In this document: in pieces, positions 27,253 through 41,139 of the stretch
Position numbering within the stretch: position 1 is the stretch's first letter
Layout of the letters: every line of letters begins with the position of its first letter
Assembly: GCF_018350175.1 (NCBI RefSeq)
Contig: NC_058368.1
Span: 170,440,001-170,504,000, forward strand
DNA length: 64,000 bases
DNA from: Felis catus
Lineage: Eukaryota
Reading direction: 5' to 3'
Notes under the pieces: generated by a model
Databases searched by the model: none
The model's input: the letters and a program-made list of their open reading frames with translations, nothing else
Told to the model about the DNA's origin: nothing
Position numbers and translations under genes: made by a program

Positions 27253-27700
27253 TTTTTTTTCCCAACTGAAATATAACAAGCATACTATGTTATATTAGTT
27301 TCAGGAATACAACATACTGATCCAACAATTCTGTATCATCTCACACCAGGCAGAATGGCTAGAATCAAAAATACAAGAAATAACAAGTGTTGCTGAGGAT
27401 GTGGAGAAAAAGGAACTCTCTTGCACTGTTGTGGGAATGCAAACTGGTGCAGCCACTGTGGAAAACAGTATGGAGGTTTCTCCAAAAATTAAAATGAGAA
27501 ATACCATATGATCCAGGAAATCCACTACTATTTACCCAAAGAACACAAAAACACTAATCTGAAAAAACATATGCACCCCTATGTTGGTTGCAGCATTGTT
27601 TACAATAGCCAAGATAGGGAAGTGTTCATCAACAGATGAGCGTATAAGAAAGACGTGAGATATATATAAATAAATATAAATACAAAAATAAAAAGTATAA
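27253..27700. mobile_element. L1 3' fragment with internal inversion
   Basis: Antisense poly-T and L1 terminus (27253-27335) abut sense ORF2-end sequence (TATCATCTCACACCAG…GAGGATGTGGAGAAA…). Confidence 0.75.
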
Positions 27701-28115
27701 GTATAAATACAAATCAAGGGAGGGGAGAGAGGTCTTAACTGCTATCAAACGGATTGCCACTTCAAGCAATCACAGCTCTCCCCAAACTCCCAGCTACCAC
27801 CCTTCTTATTCAGAAGATGACCTTGATTCCCACTTTAAAGAGACAATATAAATCAAAAGAGGGAAATCCCTCAAATTCTGGCAATCATACCTGCACAGGT
27901 TTCCACATCCACACACCTCTCTTCCTCTCTCTTTAGAGCATGGAAGAGAATGTCCCCTTCAAAGGCTTATCTCTCCCAGTGGTCTTATTCCAGCCCTCCA
28001 GGTCAGCACATCTCTGCCCTTTTGGTTATTTTCTTTCTCTACTATCTCCCAGCCTCATTCTCATTACTGCCTCTTTTCTACCAGCATAAAATCATCCTCA
28101 AGTCTTGCAATTCTT

Positions 28116-28340
28116 TTTTTTTTTTAATTTTTTTTTCAACGTTTATTTTATTTTTTGGGACAGAGAGAGACAGAGCATGAATGGGGGAGGGGCAGAGAGA
28201 GAGGGAGACACAGAATCGGAAACAGGCTCCAGGCTCTGAGCCGTCAGCCCAGAGCCTGACGCGGGGCTCGAACTCACGGACCGCGAGATCGTGACCTGGC
28301 TGAAGTCGGACGCTTAGCGACTGCGCCACCCAGGCGCCCC
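28116..28340 (-). mobile_element. Very young felid SINE
   Basis: CpGs intact (GGCGCAGTCG…CGATCTCGCGGTCCGTGAG). 16-bp TSD AAGTCTTGCAATTCTT at 28100-28115 and 28341-28356. Confidence 0.97.
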
Positions 28341-28814
28341 AAGTCTTGCAATTCTTAAAAAAAAATAATAATAACAAATTTATCCAGCATGTCCCCTCCA
28401 AGTACTACCCTACTGTTTTCTTCCCCACATTATGATCAAATATTTTTCTTTCATCTGACCTCAGGTGCATGAAACTAGATTAATCATGATTCACGATTCA
28501 TGATAATTGGTGGTCATCACTCCAAGCCTGGTCCACTTTTTTGGTTGATTCCTTACTTTTAACTCTGCAGTAGGCTGCTATAGAAGGACTATCCCAAACA
28601 AAAGCCAAGCTCTTCAGATAAGCATGCTGCCTCCCCATCCCATCTTCCTACCCTCCCTGTTTCAAGGTGCCATCCTCCTGAATCCTGTGTTAATCATTCA
28701 CAGGCTCTCCTTTTAATATTGTTTATTGCATCTATGTATTCTATAAAGTATCTTGTTATTTTAACCTTATAAAAACAATGCCATTAAATAACGTCAAGAC
28801 TTATCCATCTTCTT

Positions 28815-29035
28815 ATTTTTTTAATTTTTTAATGTTATTTATTATTGAGGGAGAGAGAAACAGAGTGTGAGTGGGGGAGGGGCAGAGAGAGAGAGGGAGA
28901 CACAGAATCTCAAGGAGGCTCCAGGTTCTGAGCTGTCAGCACAGAGCCTGATGCAGGGCTTGAACTCACGAACTGTGAGATCATGACTCGAGCTGAAGTT
29001 GGTTGCTTAACTGACGTAGCTACCCAGGTGCCCCC
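28815..29035 (-). mobile_element. CanSINE
   Basis: Antisense head, GA tract and T tail. Confidence 0.92.
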
Positions 29036-29546
29036 ATCATTTTAAATGTCATTATAACTTACTTGTCTTAAGTGCTATATGGTATGCCTTTGCATTCACT
29101 GTTTATCAGGTTAAAGAAGATCTCTTCTACTTCTAATTTACAGACTTTTAAATAATGAATGGGCAATATTATCAAATGTTCCTCTGGATTTTTGTTTTTG
29201 AGCTGGTTACATGAATTTTTCTTTTTTAAGCTATTAAGGGGTTAGTTATATTTATTGATTTTTCTAATATTAAACCTTCCTTATATTCTGGGATAAAACC
29301 AAGTTGGCTGTAGTCTATTATCTTTTTAAAACACTATTGGATTTTATTTGTTAATATTTTTTAATTTCTTCATTTATAGTAATAAGTGAAAAAGACCTTT
29401 TCATAATGTCCTTATGTTATTTTGGTATTAGGATTGTAAGACTCATAAAAGCAGTTTGGAAATGGTTTCTCTTTGTTATTATCTGGAAGAGTTTACACAA
29501 AATTGGGATCATCTGTTATTTGTTTACTCATATTAACAATGAAGAA

Positions 29547-30659
29547 CAAAATCTGGAAATGATTTTTTGGATATGGTACTAAAAGCACAAACAACGAAAG
29601 AAAAAATAGATTGGACTACATCAAAATTAAAAACTTCTTTGCATCAAAGGAGACAATTAACAGGTCGAAAATTTAACTCATGGAATAAGAGAAAACATTT
29701 TCAAATTATGTATTTGATAAAGGTTTAATATTCAGAATGTGTAAATAACTCCTATAACTCAACAACAACAATAAAAAATAAGAAAATAAAACATTAAAAA
29801 ATGAGAAAAGGAGTTGTGTAGACATTTCTCTAAAGAAAATATACAAATGGCCAATAAGTACATGAAAAGATTTTCAACATCCCTAATCATTAGGGGAATA
29901 TAAATCAAAACCATAATGAGATATTACCTCATAGTATTGAGATGGCTATTGTCAAAAAAAATCAGAAAATAATAGGTTGTTAGCAAGGATGTGGAGAAGT
30001 TGGAATACTTGTGAACTCTAAGTGGGTATATAATGGTCCAGCTATTGTGAAAACTGTATGGTGCCTCCTAAAAAATTTTAAAATAAAGTTACATATAATT
30101 CATCAATTCCACTTCTGGGTATATACCCAAAAGAATTATAGCACGATCTCAAACAGATATTTGTACACCTATGTTCAACAGGTATTTGTACACCATTATT
30201 CACAATAGACAAAAGGTAAAAGCAATCAAAGTGTCCTTGGACAGATGAATGGATAAACAAAATATGGCATACACATACAATGGAATATTCACCCTTAAAA
30301 AGGAAAGAAATCATGACACATGCTACAATGCAGATGAACTTTGAGGCCATCAAGCGAAGTGAAATAACTCAGTCACAAAAAGAGAAATACTGCATGATTC
30401 CACTAATATGAGGTACTTAGAGTAGTCAAATTCATAGATACAGAAAGTAGAATGGTGGTTGCCGTGGGTTGGGGATGAGGGGAGAAGGGGAAGATATCGT
30501 TCAATGGGCATTTCAGTTTTGCAGTCTGAGGAGTTCTGGAGATGGACAATGGTGGTTGCACAGCGATGTGAATGTACTTAATGCCACTGAACTACACACT
30601 TAAAAATGGTTAAGTTGGTAAATTTTATGTTTGTTTAACCACAATTAAAAATGTTTTTA
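29547..30659 (+). mobile_element. Old L1 3' portion (L1MB-like)
   Basis: Degenerate ORF2 end and 3' UTR ending …GTACTTAATGCCACTGAACT…TAAAAATGGTTAAG. Possible TSD AATGAAGAA at 29538 and 30660. Confidence 0.85.
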
Positions 30660-31673
30660 AATGAAGAATACAGATATCATTCTGTGTAGCTGGTGTGGCT
30701 TTCCTTTTTTTCACAAGAAGACTTGGAATTAATTTATTTAGTTTCAGTTCTACTCCTATCCCACTGCACCCTTAGTATTTGCTAACTCTTAGCATGGATT
30801 TTGTGTGACCTCCACCAGTACAATGAGCTCCTACCTTCCTAATACAACTTCCAGGATATATTCTGTGCTGTGGAGCTCTTTACTATGTTTTATCCATCAA
30901 TTTGTCTCCCACCGCTTCTTTTTATATTTGTTGAAATTTCTTATTCATTAATGTCCTCAGCTTTCATATTTTTCACTATATATTAGAACAGAAGACAGTC
31001 AATTCTCATAAGCAAAGACTTTATTGCTACATACTACTGGAGAACATCACTCACCAGATTATAACTTAAACCAAGTCTCTTGGAACGTGCAATGATTACC
31101 TTTTAGATACATAAGTAAGTTCAGATTTCATGCCCCATGAATTTACAAATCCCATGCAGTCAGAAGTGTCCTTTAACTTCAGTCACATTCTTTGCTTAAA
31201 TAAATAAACTTATCTAACTGAATAGTTGACAAAACTGAACTTTTACAAGTAGCTTTTGTAAACAAGAAGAAATACTTTCTTTTTTTAAACATCTATAAAT
31301 CTCAGCCACCTGGGCATTTAAGGAAATTCTGAATTAAAAATTTTAAAGTCATTTTCCCCTGGAAGTCTTCCACCAGCCCCCATGTATTTCAAAAGGTTCA
31401 GCATCCATTCCCAAAGTTTTTGGTAGGGAAGGAGAGGAAATTGGTCGTAATTCTAAATTTTCCCAGAAAAATTGTAATGAGGCTTTCCCTGTCCCCCATT
31501 TTGATTCTTATTGTAAAGATCCTAAGAGATGGAGGAGAGAAATGTCTGTGCTCAGTCTACAATATTATACTGGAATCTTTTTTATTTTTAACTGGCACCT
31601 TAGTGACTTAAAACTACTTTTCAATGATTTGACTACATGCTCTCCCTACTACCTGCTATAGAGAATAGGATAT

Positions 31674-31890
31674 GAGGCACCTGGGTGGCTCAGTCAGTTG
31701 GGCATCCAACTTCGGCTCAGGTCATGATCTCAGGGTTCGGTTTGTGAGTTCAAGAACTGCATTGGGCTCTGTGCTGACAGGTCCTAGCCTGGAGCCTGCT
31801 TCAGAATCTGTGTTTCCCTCTCTCTCTGCCCCTAACCCGCTTGTGCGCGCTCTCTCTCTCTCTCTCAAAAATAAATAAACATTAAAAAAA
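31674..31890 (+). mobile_element. CanSINE
   Basis: Head, CT tract and AATAAACATTAAAA tail. Confidence 0.92.
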
Positions 31891-32139
31891 GAGAGAACAG
31901 AATGTGGTCCTACATGTTGATGACAGATTTATTATTGTATGAACTAAAGAGGAATTATCTCAATTTAGGTTTTACCACTTATCATTGCAAAAACAACAAC
32001 AACAAAAATAGCCTTAAAACAAGCTACCACAAAGTCAGATCAGTATTTTTGGTGGATATCTTAGAAAAAAAATAATAGGTATATATGCAACAAACTTATA
32101 TGACAGGTTAACTTATTTAGGAATGAAAAGGTATATTTT

Positions 32140-34436
32140 ATTTTATTTTTTAATTTTTAAATTGTATTTAAATCCAAGTTAAATACAACTTGGATTGTAT
32201 TTCAGGAATAGAATTTAGTGATTCATCACTTACATATAATATCCAGTGCTCATACTAAAAGTGCCCTCCTTAATGCTCATGATCCCATTTAGCCCATCCT
32301 CCCACCATTCTCCCCTCCAGCAACCCTCAGTTTCTTCTCTGTATTTAAGAGTCTCGGGGCACGTGGGTGGCCCAGTCGGTTGAGCCTCCGACTTTGGCTC
32401 AGGTCATGATCTCACAGCTCGTGACTTCCAGCACCGCATCAGGCTCTGTGCTGACAGCTCAGAGCCTGGAGCCTGCTTTGGGTTCTGTGTCTCTCTCTCT
32501 CTCTGCCCCTAACCCACTCACATTCTGTCTCTGTCTCTCAAAAATAAATAAACATTAAAAAAATTAAAAATAGTCTCTTATGGTTTGCTTCCTTCTCTCT
32601 TTTTATCTTTTTTCCTTCCCTTCCCCTATGTTCATCTGTTTTGTTTCTTAAATTCCACATCTGAGTGAACTCATGATATTTAGCTTTCTCTGACTGACTT
32701 ATTTCACTTAGCATAATATACTCTAGTTCCATCCATGTTGTTGCAAATAGCAAGATTTCATTCTTTTTTTTCACTCAGTACTATTACATTATATATATAT
32801 ATATATACATATATATGTATATATATATATATATGTATGTATGTATATATATACACACCACATCTTCTTTATCCATTCATCAGTCGAGTCGATGGACATT
32901 TGGGCTCCTTCTATAATTTGGTTATTGTTCATAGCACTGTTATAAACATTGGTGGGCACATGCCCCTTCAAATCAGCATTTTTGTGTCCTTTGGATAAAT
33001 ACCTAGTAGTGAAATTGCTGGGTCACAGGGTAGTTCTATTTTCAATTTTTTGAGGAACCTTCATATTGTTTTCCAGAGTGGCTGCACCAGTTTGCATTCC
33101 CACCAGCAGTGCAAAAGTGTTCCCCTTTCACTGCATTCTTGCCAACATTTGTTGTTTCCTGAGTTGTTAATTTTAGCCATTCTAACAGGTGTGGGGTGGT
33201 ATCTCATCATGGTTTTTATTTGTATTTCCCTGATGATGAGCGATATTGTGCACATTTTCATGTGTCTGTTAGCCATTTAGATGTCTTCTTTGGAAAAATG
33301 TCTGTTCACATCATTTGCCCATTTCTTCACTGGATTATTTGTTTTTTGGGTGTGGAGTTTGGAAAGTTTTTTTATAGATTTTAGATAATAACCCTTTATC
33401 CAATATGCCATTTGCAAATATCTTCTCCCATTCCGTCAGTGGCCTTTTAGTTTTGTTGATTGTTTCCTTCACTGTACAGAAGCTTTTCATCCTGATAAGG
33501 TCCCAACAGGTCATTAATGATCTAGTTCTATTTAAACAAAATAGTTTTTGTTTCTCTTGCCTCCAGAGACATGTCTAGTAAGAATTTGCTGTGGCTGAGA
33601 TCAAAGAGGTTGCTGCCTGTTTACTCCTCCAGGATTTTGATGGTTTCCTGACTTACATTTAAGTCTTTCATCCATTTTGAATTTATTTTTGTGAATGGTG
33701 TAAGAAAGTGGTCCAGTTTCATTCTTCTGCATCTTGCTGTCCAGTTTTCCCAACACCATTTGTTGAAGAGACTGTCTTTTTTCCATCACATATTCTTTCC
33801 TGCTTTGTCAAAGATTAGTTGGATATACATTTGTGGGTCTATTTCTGGGTTCTCTATTCTGTTCCATTGAACTATGTATCTGTGTTTGTGCCAATACCAT
33901 ACTGACTTGATGATTACAGCTTTGTAATATGGCTTGAAGTCTGGAATAATAATGCCTCCAGCTTTGGTTTTCTTTTTTTTAACATTACTTTGGCTATTCG
34001 GGGTCTTTTCTGGTTCCATACAAATTTTGGAATGGTTTGTTCTAGTTCTGTGAAATGCTGGTGTTATTTTGATAGGGATTACATTGGAAATTTGACTAGT
34101 ATCTACATTTTAACAATGTTCTTCCAGTCTGTGAGCAGGGAATGCATTTCCATTTCTTTGTGTCTTCTTCAAGTTCCTTCTTAAGTTTTCTACCGTTTTT
34201 ATCATCTAGATCTTTTACCTCTTTGGTTAGGTTTATTCCTAGGTATTTTATGGTTTTCGGTGAGATTGTAAATGGGATTGATTCCTTGATTTCTCTTTCT
34301 GAAGCTTCATTATTGGTGTATAGAAATGCAACAAATTTCTGTACATTGATTTTATATCTTGCAACTTTGCTGAATTCATATATCAGTTGTAGCAGTTTTT
34401 TGGTGGAGTCTTTTGGGTTTTCCAAATACGGTATCA
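32140..34436 (-). mobile_element. 5'-truncated carnivore L1 (~2.3 kb)
   Basis: Antisense ORF2 fragments (YLENPKDSTKKLL…; AGGIIIPDFKPYYKA…; [16 protein letters not shown]). TSD AAAAGGTA(T/G)ATTTT at 32126-32139 and 34437-34450. Confidence 0.93.
32356..32570 (+). mobile_element. CanSINE nested in an L1 3' UTR
   Basis: Full SINE flanked by AGTCTC-containing direct repeats. Confidence 0.92.
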
Positions 34437-35184
34437 AAAAGGTAGATTTTAAGTCTAAATCAACTTGAAGAAATCACCAGTAAATTATAATAACTAAAAG
34501 TTAGCTACTTTGTTTTCAATTACTTATGATCATATAGAGTGTTTCCTAATTAGTCTTTTGAAAATTTGACACCTAAAATTATTTTAACTATTTCTGGTAT
34601 AAAAATCAGGAAACCATTGGCAGCTTCTCTCCAACATACTACAGTAGACCCAAAACCCACTTTCAGCCCATCTCCATGTGACTTTGAGATGATCATCCAC
34701 ACAGATATATATCTTAGAATGAGTTAATATACCCATGGTTTTTGACAAAAGCATATTAACTTCACATTTTTTTCACTTGATAATACAATCTATAAATCAA
34801 ACCTTAATGGACAATGTTTACTATTTGCTTGGTTGTGAGACATAATATTCTTGGATGATTGCCTAAAATAATGTATAATTTATACACTTTTCCAGGTGTC
34901 CTAGATTTTATCTTGCATCTGGGCATAGCATCAAAGAGGTATACCTATAACACATTGCTTTGGCTGCTTAAAAATAATTCTTTCTGTGTTGTAAGTTCAC
35001 ATCATGATATCTACTTATTTTGAGCAATAATGAAAACTGAAAAATTCATTCTATTTATCATAGTGTTTAGTTAAGAGTTTGCCCACCACATCACTTAGCA
35101 TGAGGGTGACTCATGGTAGAAACACCTTGAAGTATGACATTGTCCAAAAGCCTAATTAACGATCAAATAAAAATGGGCCTTCTT

Positions 35185-35431
35185 GGGGCACCTGGGTGGC
35201 TCAGTCGATTAAGCCTCTGGCTTTAGCTCAGGTCATGATCTCACAGTTGGTGGTTCATGAGTTCGAGCCCCACATGGGGCTCTCTGCTGTCACACAGAGC
35301 CCACTTGGGATCCTCTGCCCCTCCCCCCCCCTCTCCCTCCCTCCTCCCCCTCCCTCCTCCCCCTCCCCTTCCCCTCTGCCCCTCCCAGCTGGTGCAAGTG
35401 TGCAAGTGTGCACACACTCTCTCTCTCTCAA
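35185..35431 (+). mobile_element. CanSINE lacking its tail, with an expanded C-rich tract
   Basis: GGGGCACCTGGGTGGCTCAG head; the CT tract ends without poly-A. Confidence 0.9.
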
Positions 35432-35535
35432 GAGGGGCCTAAGCTCACCAGAAGTGGGGCTCAAGCTCACAAACCACGTGACCATGATCGAAGCCAAAAT
35501 CGGAGGCTTAACCGACTGAGCCACCCAGGTGCTCC
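35432..35535 (-). mobile_element. CanSINE 5' half, inverted and fused to the previous SINE
   Basis: …TTAACCGACTGAGCCACCCAGGTGCTCC is an antisense SINE head. Confidence 0.88.
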
Positions 35536-37479
35536 TGTATTATGGATTTTTAAATTAACTGTGTACCTTTTACATCTTAATTTCTTATCCTGATTCTACC
35601 TTCGCTCATACTTATTCAGCAGTATTTTTTTATCCTACTATAATTTATGTGTATGCATAAACCACCTTTACTCTTTTTAGAAAAAACAAAAGGATAATAC
35701 AAAACAAAGAACACAAGTCACTCCATAGGACAAAATGCAAGCAAACAGCTAAACGACTACATCACTGGCCCCACTGTCCTCTTTAACCTTGCACTAGACT
35801 GACTTATAAAAACACAGATCTAAAAAAGCATTTATCATACATTTGTTCAACCATTTATTCAGAAACATTCATGATATACCTATGGTGTGCTAGGTGCCAT
35901 GATCATTGTTGAGCTTGCAAGATATCTAACTCATGGCCCTTAATACTCAGAAACTCAAACTCCAGTAAGAAAAGCAGATGGGTGCAATACAGCACTGTAA
36001 GTGTAACAGTAACAAAAATTTTAAGGTGACATGTATCTAGCAATATATAACATAATATATATATTACAATTGTTATGTCTCAGTTTGATGAATTATAAAA
36101 CTTAAGATGTATCTTAAAGAAAGAGGTAAAGCAAGCCGGAAGGATGAAGTATGGAAGGACAGTTAAAGCAAAAGTAACCACAAGTAAAAAGATATGGCAC
36201 TGAGAGATTACTTGTTGTATTCAGGGTTTTATACTGCTGGAGATTCTTGTGTTTGTGTGAATGTGCAGAGCTGGAGCACCATGTGAACCTGCACAGGTTG
36301 TGCTTGTATAAATCAAGGTAAGGTAGCCTCATTTACTTAGATTGCAATGTGAATTATGGCCCCTAGGGAGGTGCAGAGCAAAACTTGCATAACTATATAT
36401 GATGGTAGGAGGTTGGGGACAGGGATGAAAGGAACTATGACATCCATAAAACCTTGTTACTCACTGTAAGGACACTAAAATCACTTCATTATAACAGTTC
36501 GTTCTTTGTAACAGGATGCACCTTAGTGAAATTTTTACCTATGTTTCACTGCTTTGTTCACAGGAAAAGAATCATATCCATACGCAACCATATGTTGATT
36601 ATGTATCATCATTTATCTGGGTGAAGCTGTAAACTATGGGAGAATTTTTCAACTTTAAAATCCTTAATGTGAATGTTTGCTTAGTCAGGGCCAACTTCCC
36701 TGAAATAATTCCCTGAGATTAAGTTTCACATAAATGGTATACAGGTGGGCTGGAATTCTGGCACCATGTATATTTACAAAATCATGTAACTGTCAGCCAT
36801 ATCTCTCTAAATTAAGAGAAGGGTACCTAAAAACCAAGACTAAAGATTTGTATCCTATGAGCTGGAAAATTGCCATTTTAATAAAAAGAAGGCCAGTGAA
36901 GGGACAAAAACCTATCCTAGATGAGGCCATGAGGCTTTCGCACAAATCTGGAGAGTGGCAGCCAAAGTTCTGTGCTTTGTTACTGCGATAATCCTAGTAG
37001 ATGTGCCAAAAAATTGGACCTATGTTATTCAAAGAGGAACAACATGACTGGGGCCAGGAAATAGTCAGGCCCATTGTAGAGAGGGGTATAATCTCATAGG
37101 AACATCTCAGGACTGATCTGGATAAGTCTATGAGGAGTTTACTAAAGAGACATTGGTGTTTCTAGATAAGAAACCAATAAACATATTCTATCATGGTTCC
37201 TGCAAGTGATAATTAATCATGACCCATCTCAAAAACTATATCAAATATGAATGAGAGATTCTCTCTGAAAAGGCAGAATTTTTAACTGGTGAGACTTCAA
37301 ATTTCATCCATTTCAATCTCTTCTTTCACTTATAAGGAATCGGAGAAGCAAAGGGGTAAAGTGGTCTATGTAACAGCAAAAAGAATGTGTGGAAGAGCAG
37401 AGTTAAAACTCTTTACAATTTGACATGTTGACCCTGAGACCAACTTCCATAGCATTCAGTTTCTTCCTAAATTTTAAAT

Positions 37480-37692
37480 TTTTAAAAAAATGTTTTCCTT
37501 ATTTTTGAGACAGACAGAGACAGAGCATGAGCAGGGGAGGGACAGAGGGAGAGGGAGACACAGAATCTGAAGCAGGGTCCAGACTCTGAGCTGTCAGCAC
37601 AGAGCCCCACACGGGGCTCAAACTCACAAACCGTGAGATCATGACATGAGCCAAAGTTGGATGCTTAACCAACTGAGCCACCCAGGCGCCCC
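37480..37692 (-). mobile_element. CanSINE
   Basis: Antisense SINE with TTCTTCCTAAATTTTA direct repeats on both sides. Confidence 0.95.
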
Positions 37693-40600
37693 AACTTCTT
37701 CCTAAATTTTAGATGCAGGCTGTGTGTAGTTCAGATGACATATGATCAAATGTTCTGACTTATCTTTTAGAAGTCTGGAATCCAAATATCCAAATGAGGG
37801 CATGCTTTCTTTGGAGTTTCTAATTTTATCCTCACAACATGCTTGACTGGCATGGCTCTCTGCTTTTGAATTTTCGCCCCTACTCTTGCAAAACCAAACC
37901 TAATGTAGTGATTAATGTCACAAGGTTATTAACTCATTCATTCAGCAAATGTTTATTCCCCAACTTTTGGGGTGTTTGTTTCCCAACACCGTCTCTCCTT
38001 TCTTAACAACAATGTAGATTTTTTTGAGAAATGACCTGTTTCCTGTTTAATACAACCCGGTTAGATTCTAATTAGTAAACTTTCCTCCCTTGGTGGAGGA
38101 GTGTGACATCTCAGCTAGGTCACTAGGATGTTCTTTGCTGTCGCTTGCATCTTTAGCAGAGAGTCTAAGAGACTGAAAGTGGCTGGAATCCTATCCTGAC
38201 CACCAGCAGCATTCTGATCATTGACAGGAGGACCACTGGGCTCTAGCTCCCATCAGCTCTAAGAACTTCCCAAATCCTTACCACAATTTGCTTTTGCTTA
38301 TATTAGCCATAGTTGTTTTATCTTGTTTGAAAACAAGGGAGTTAGCTGAAAACTATCTCTCATGTATTCACCACTATGTTAGATGGTAAATACTAATGAC
38401 AGAAAGAATATCAATTAATTAAAAGGCAGAGCCTCATTCCTCCAACAATTTCCTATACAGTGGAAAAGGCAAGACATACATATAAGAAACAAACGCATAA
38501 TGCAATAGGTCATTTATTACCAAATTGATTATTCCAAACAATAAGAGTTGTAGGAATCCAGAGAAGAAAGAGGAGATCAGAAAAGGCTAGATCTTAAAAG
38601 ATGGGTATAAATGCAATAGCAAAAGGGAACTAAAATGACCATTTAGATGTGGGCAATCAAATAAACCAGAACTTTGAATCCAGAATAAACAAAGTGTGCC
38701 AATGACAGTGTTATTAATAAGACCATGCCATTTTATTGAAGGCAAGTGAAGAGAGAGAAAATGAAAACAAATAGCTGTTGTGAGCCATGGAATGCACACA
38801 GAAAGGTGATAGAAGGGGAAGCCAGCAAAAAAAAGAAGAAGCCAGAAAAATAAGTAGAAACGAGAGAGCAATGAGCAAAGGTCATTTGACCTGAACTTTA
38901 AGGTACAGCCTTAACTTCTCCATTCCTCAGTTTCTTCATCTTTAGAATGGGGGTAATCATGATACCACCTCATAAAGTATGGTGATGATGAGTTATATAT
39001 GTAAAACACTTAAAACATAGTTGTACTAGATTAATGAATGACACAAATCTACAGTTTCAAGAACAGCATGCTCTCTAGCTCTAGTCTCCAAGAAATTCAA
39101 GCCAAGAATAACTCCTCTAAATTTAGTTATTAGTTCATGGCTGAGTATCAGGACAACACTTTTGAGATAGACGTGAGATCACAACAGTTTAAAGAGAGAA
39201 TAAGTGGTGAAAACATGGGTGTGAGTTTTTTATTAAAAAGTTTGGTAGTGAAATGAAAGTGAGAGAAAATATTTTATAAAGAAGAGACAGATACCACAAC
39301 ATTTTTAAGTCAGGGGAGAAGGATCCCCGAGGAGGAAGAGGCAAGGATGACAATGAGATGAGTCTGAGCCTAAGATTTTCACTGGAGTTAAAAAAGAAAA
39401 AGAAAAAAAAAAGATCCAGGACACAGAGCAATTTATCTTAGGAAAGTGAATACTTTTTCGAAATCTAGAGGGAAATATAAGCATATTAATAGAGAAAATG
39501 AAAAATTGACGTAGGAAGGTCCATAATGAAATTCAGGGCCGGTAGACATGACTTTATCAGGAAGGAGGAGAGACCAAATGAAATAAAGGTGATGGGGTTA
39601 TGGAGAGATGTGATGACAAATTTTTGTGCATCTTATTGAGACTCTCTACCATCTCGAGGAATTTTAATAGGGAAATTGTAGGCAAACTCCCCTTATGAAT
39701 TGAAATATAAAAGACTTATTTTATCTTATCTTACAATAAGATAAAAATCTATTTCAAATAGCCGGTTAGGCTGAATGCTTGAAACCAAAACCCTAATTCA
39801 TGAAGAGAGAAATAGTCACTGGAAGGGCTCAGAATAGATAAGAGATATCATGGACTACATTTCTGCACAGAATAGAAGGAAAGAAAAGAGAATGTCCAAT
39901 GCCCCATTCATTTCTTTGACACCACAAATTTATATACCATCATCATTCTCCAAACTGGAGATAATGTTACTTGTTTTGCAAACTTCATTGGCCACAAGGG
40001 AAAAAAAAAATGAAAGAGTACCTTGAGAAACTATAATTGCACAGAACGCACTTATGAAATGCTGTTTAGACTTTTATCATTGGTGATGACATGGGTAATA
40101 ATAATGAGTCTCAAAAGCTCTCTCTGGATCTCTTACCAAGAATCCTACATTCCTACAAGTTGACATCCTGGAAGCATGTGTAAACTGCCTGTGACTTTCA
40201 CTGTCCTCCCCTCTCTGGAGCTCCATCCACCTCTCAAGGCAAACTCCACATTTTCTCAACATGGACAGTCAGGAAGGTAGAAACAAAAAGTGTCCTGTAG
40301 TTTTCATTTTAGGGAACTGAATATTGCCTCAGGCCCCAAGGACTAGGAGAGGTAGAACATTCTGGGGAATGCTAGCGACTAAAGGGTAAGAGAATATACT
40401 TGTGAGGAGGCAGGGGTAATGAGGGGAGAGGAGAGGGGGTGTTTGATGTTTACATGCAATTTAAATGTATTTATTTATTTTTCAATATCTTTATACTTGC
40501 AACTGGTAATAGACTCAAAATATACATGGGAGTATAGAGTGGAGAGAAAGACTCTCTTTTCCATTTTCTCCAATAACCCTATATCTTGTTCCCCATGTTC

Positions 40601-40889
40601 CCTTATATTTTAGTAAATGAAAATGAAATACATAGACAGGCAGCTAGCTATCTAGAATCCAGAAAAGTTTATAATTAAAAACATTTTAATGTTATTCATA
40701 AGAAGCTCTGTAAAATAATATGATCAATATATAACAGAGGCAGCATTTTAAATATGTAGGAGTTAACTCGATTATTTAATAAAGAGTACGAAGTCAGCTG
40801 GACAGCAAACAAGGAAAATAATCAGATGTCAACCTTTAAAAATTTCAAAGTGAAACTACAAAATAATGTGCTATAAAATAATGCGTATA

Positions 40890-41100
40890 GGGGCGCCTGG
40901 GTGGTTCAGTCAGTTGAGGGTCCGACTTTGGCCCAGGTCATGATTCTGCACTTTGTGGGTTCGAGCCCCACATCAGGCTCTGTGCTGACAGCTCAAAGCC
41001 TGGAGCCTGCTTCAGATTCTGTGTCTCCCTCTGTCTCTGCCCCTCCCCCACTCTGTCTCTTTGTCTCCCCCCAAAAAATAAACATTAAAAAAATTTTTAA
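40890..41100 (+). mobile_element. CanSINE
   Basis: GGGGCGCCTGGGTGG head; TSD AAATAATG(C/T)GTATA. Confidence 0.95.
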
Positions 41101-41139
41101 ATAATGTGTATATATATGTACATATATTTGGCATTTATA

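Noticed and set aside
36224..36323. + strand exon-like segment ending AAG|GTAAGG
   Set aside because: Isolated, with no partner + strand exons found. It shows that pseudo-exons occur by chance in this window.
39719..39746. 11-bp hairpin containing three GATA motifs
   Set aside because: Short and AT-rich, so plausible by chance.
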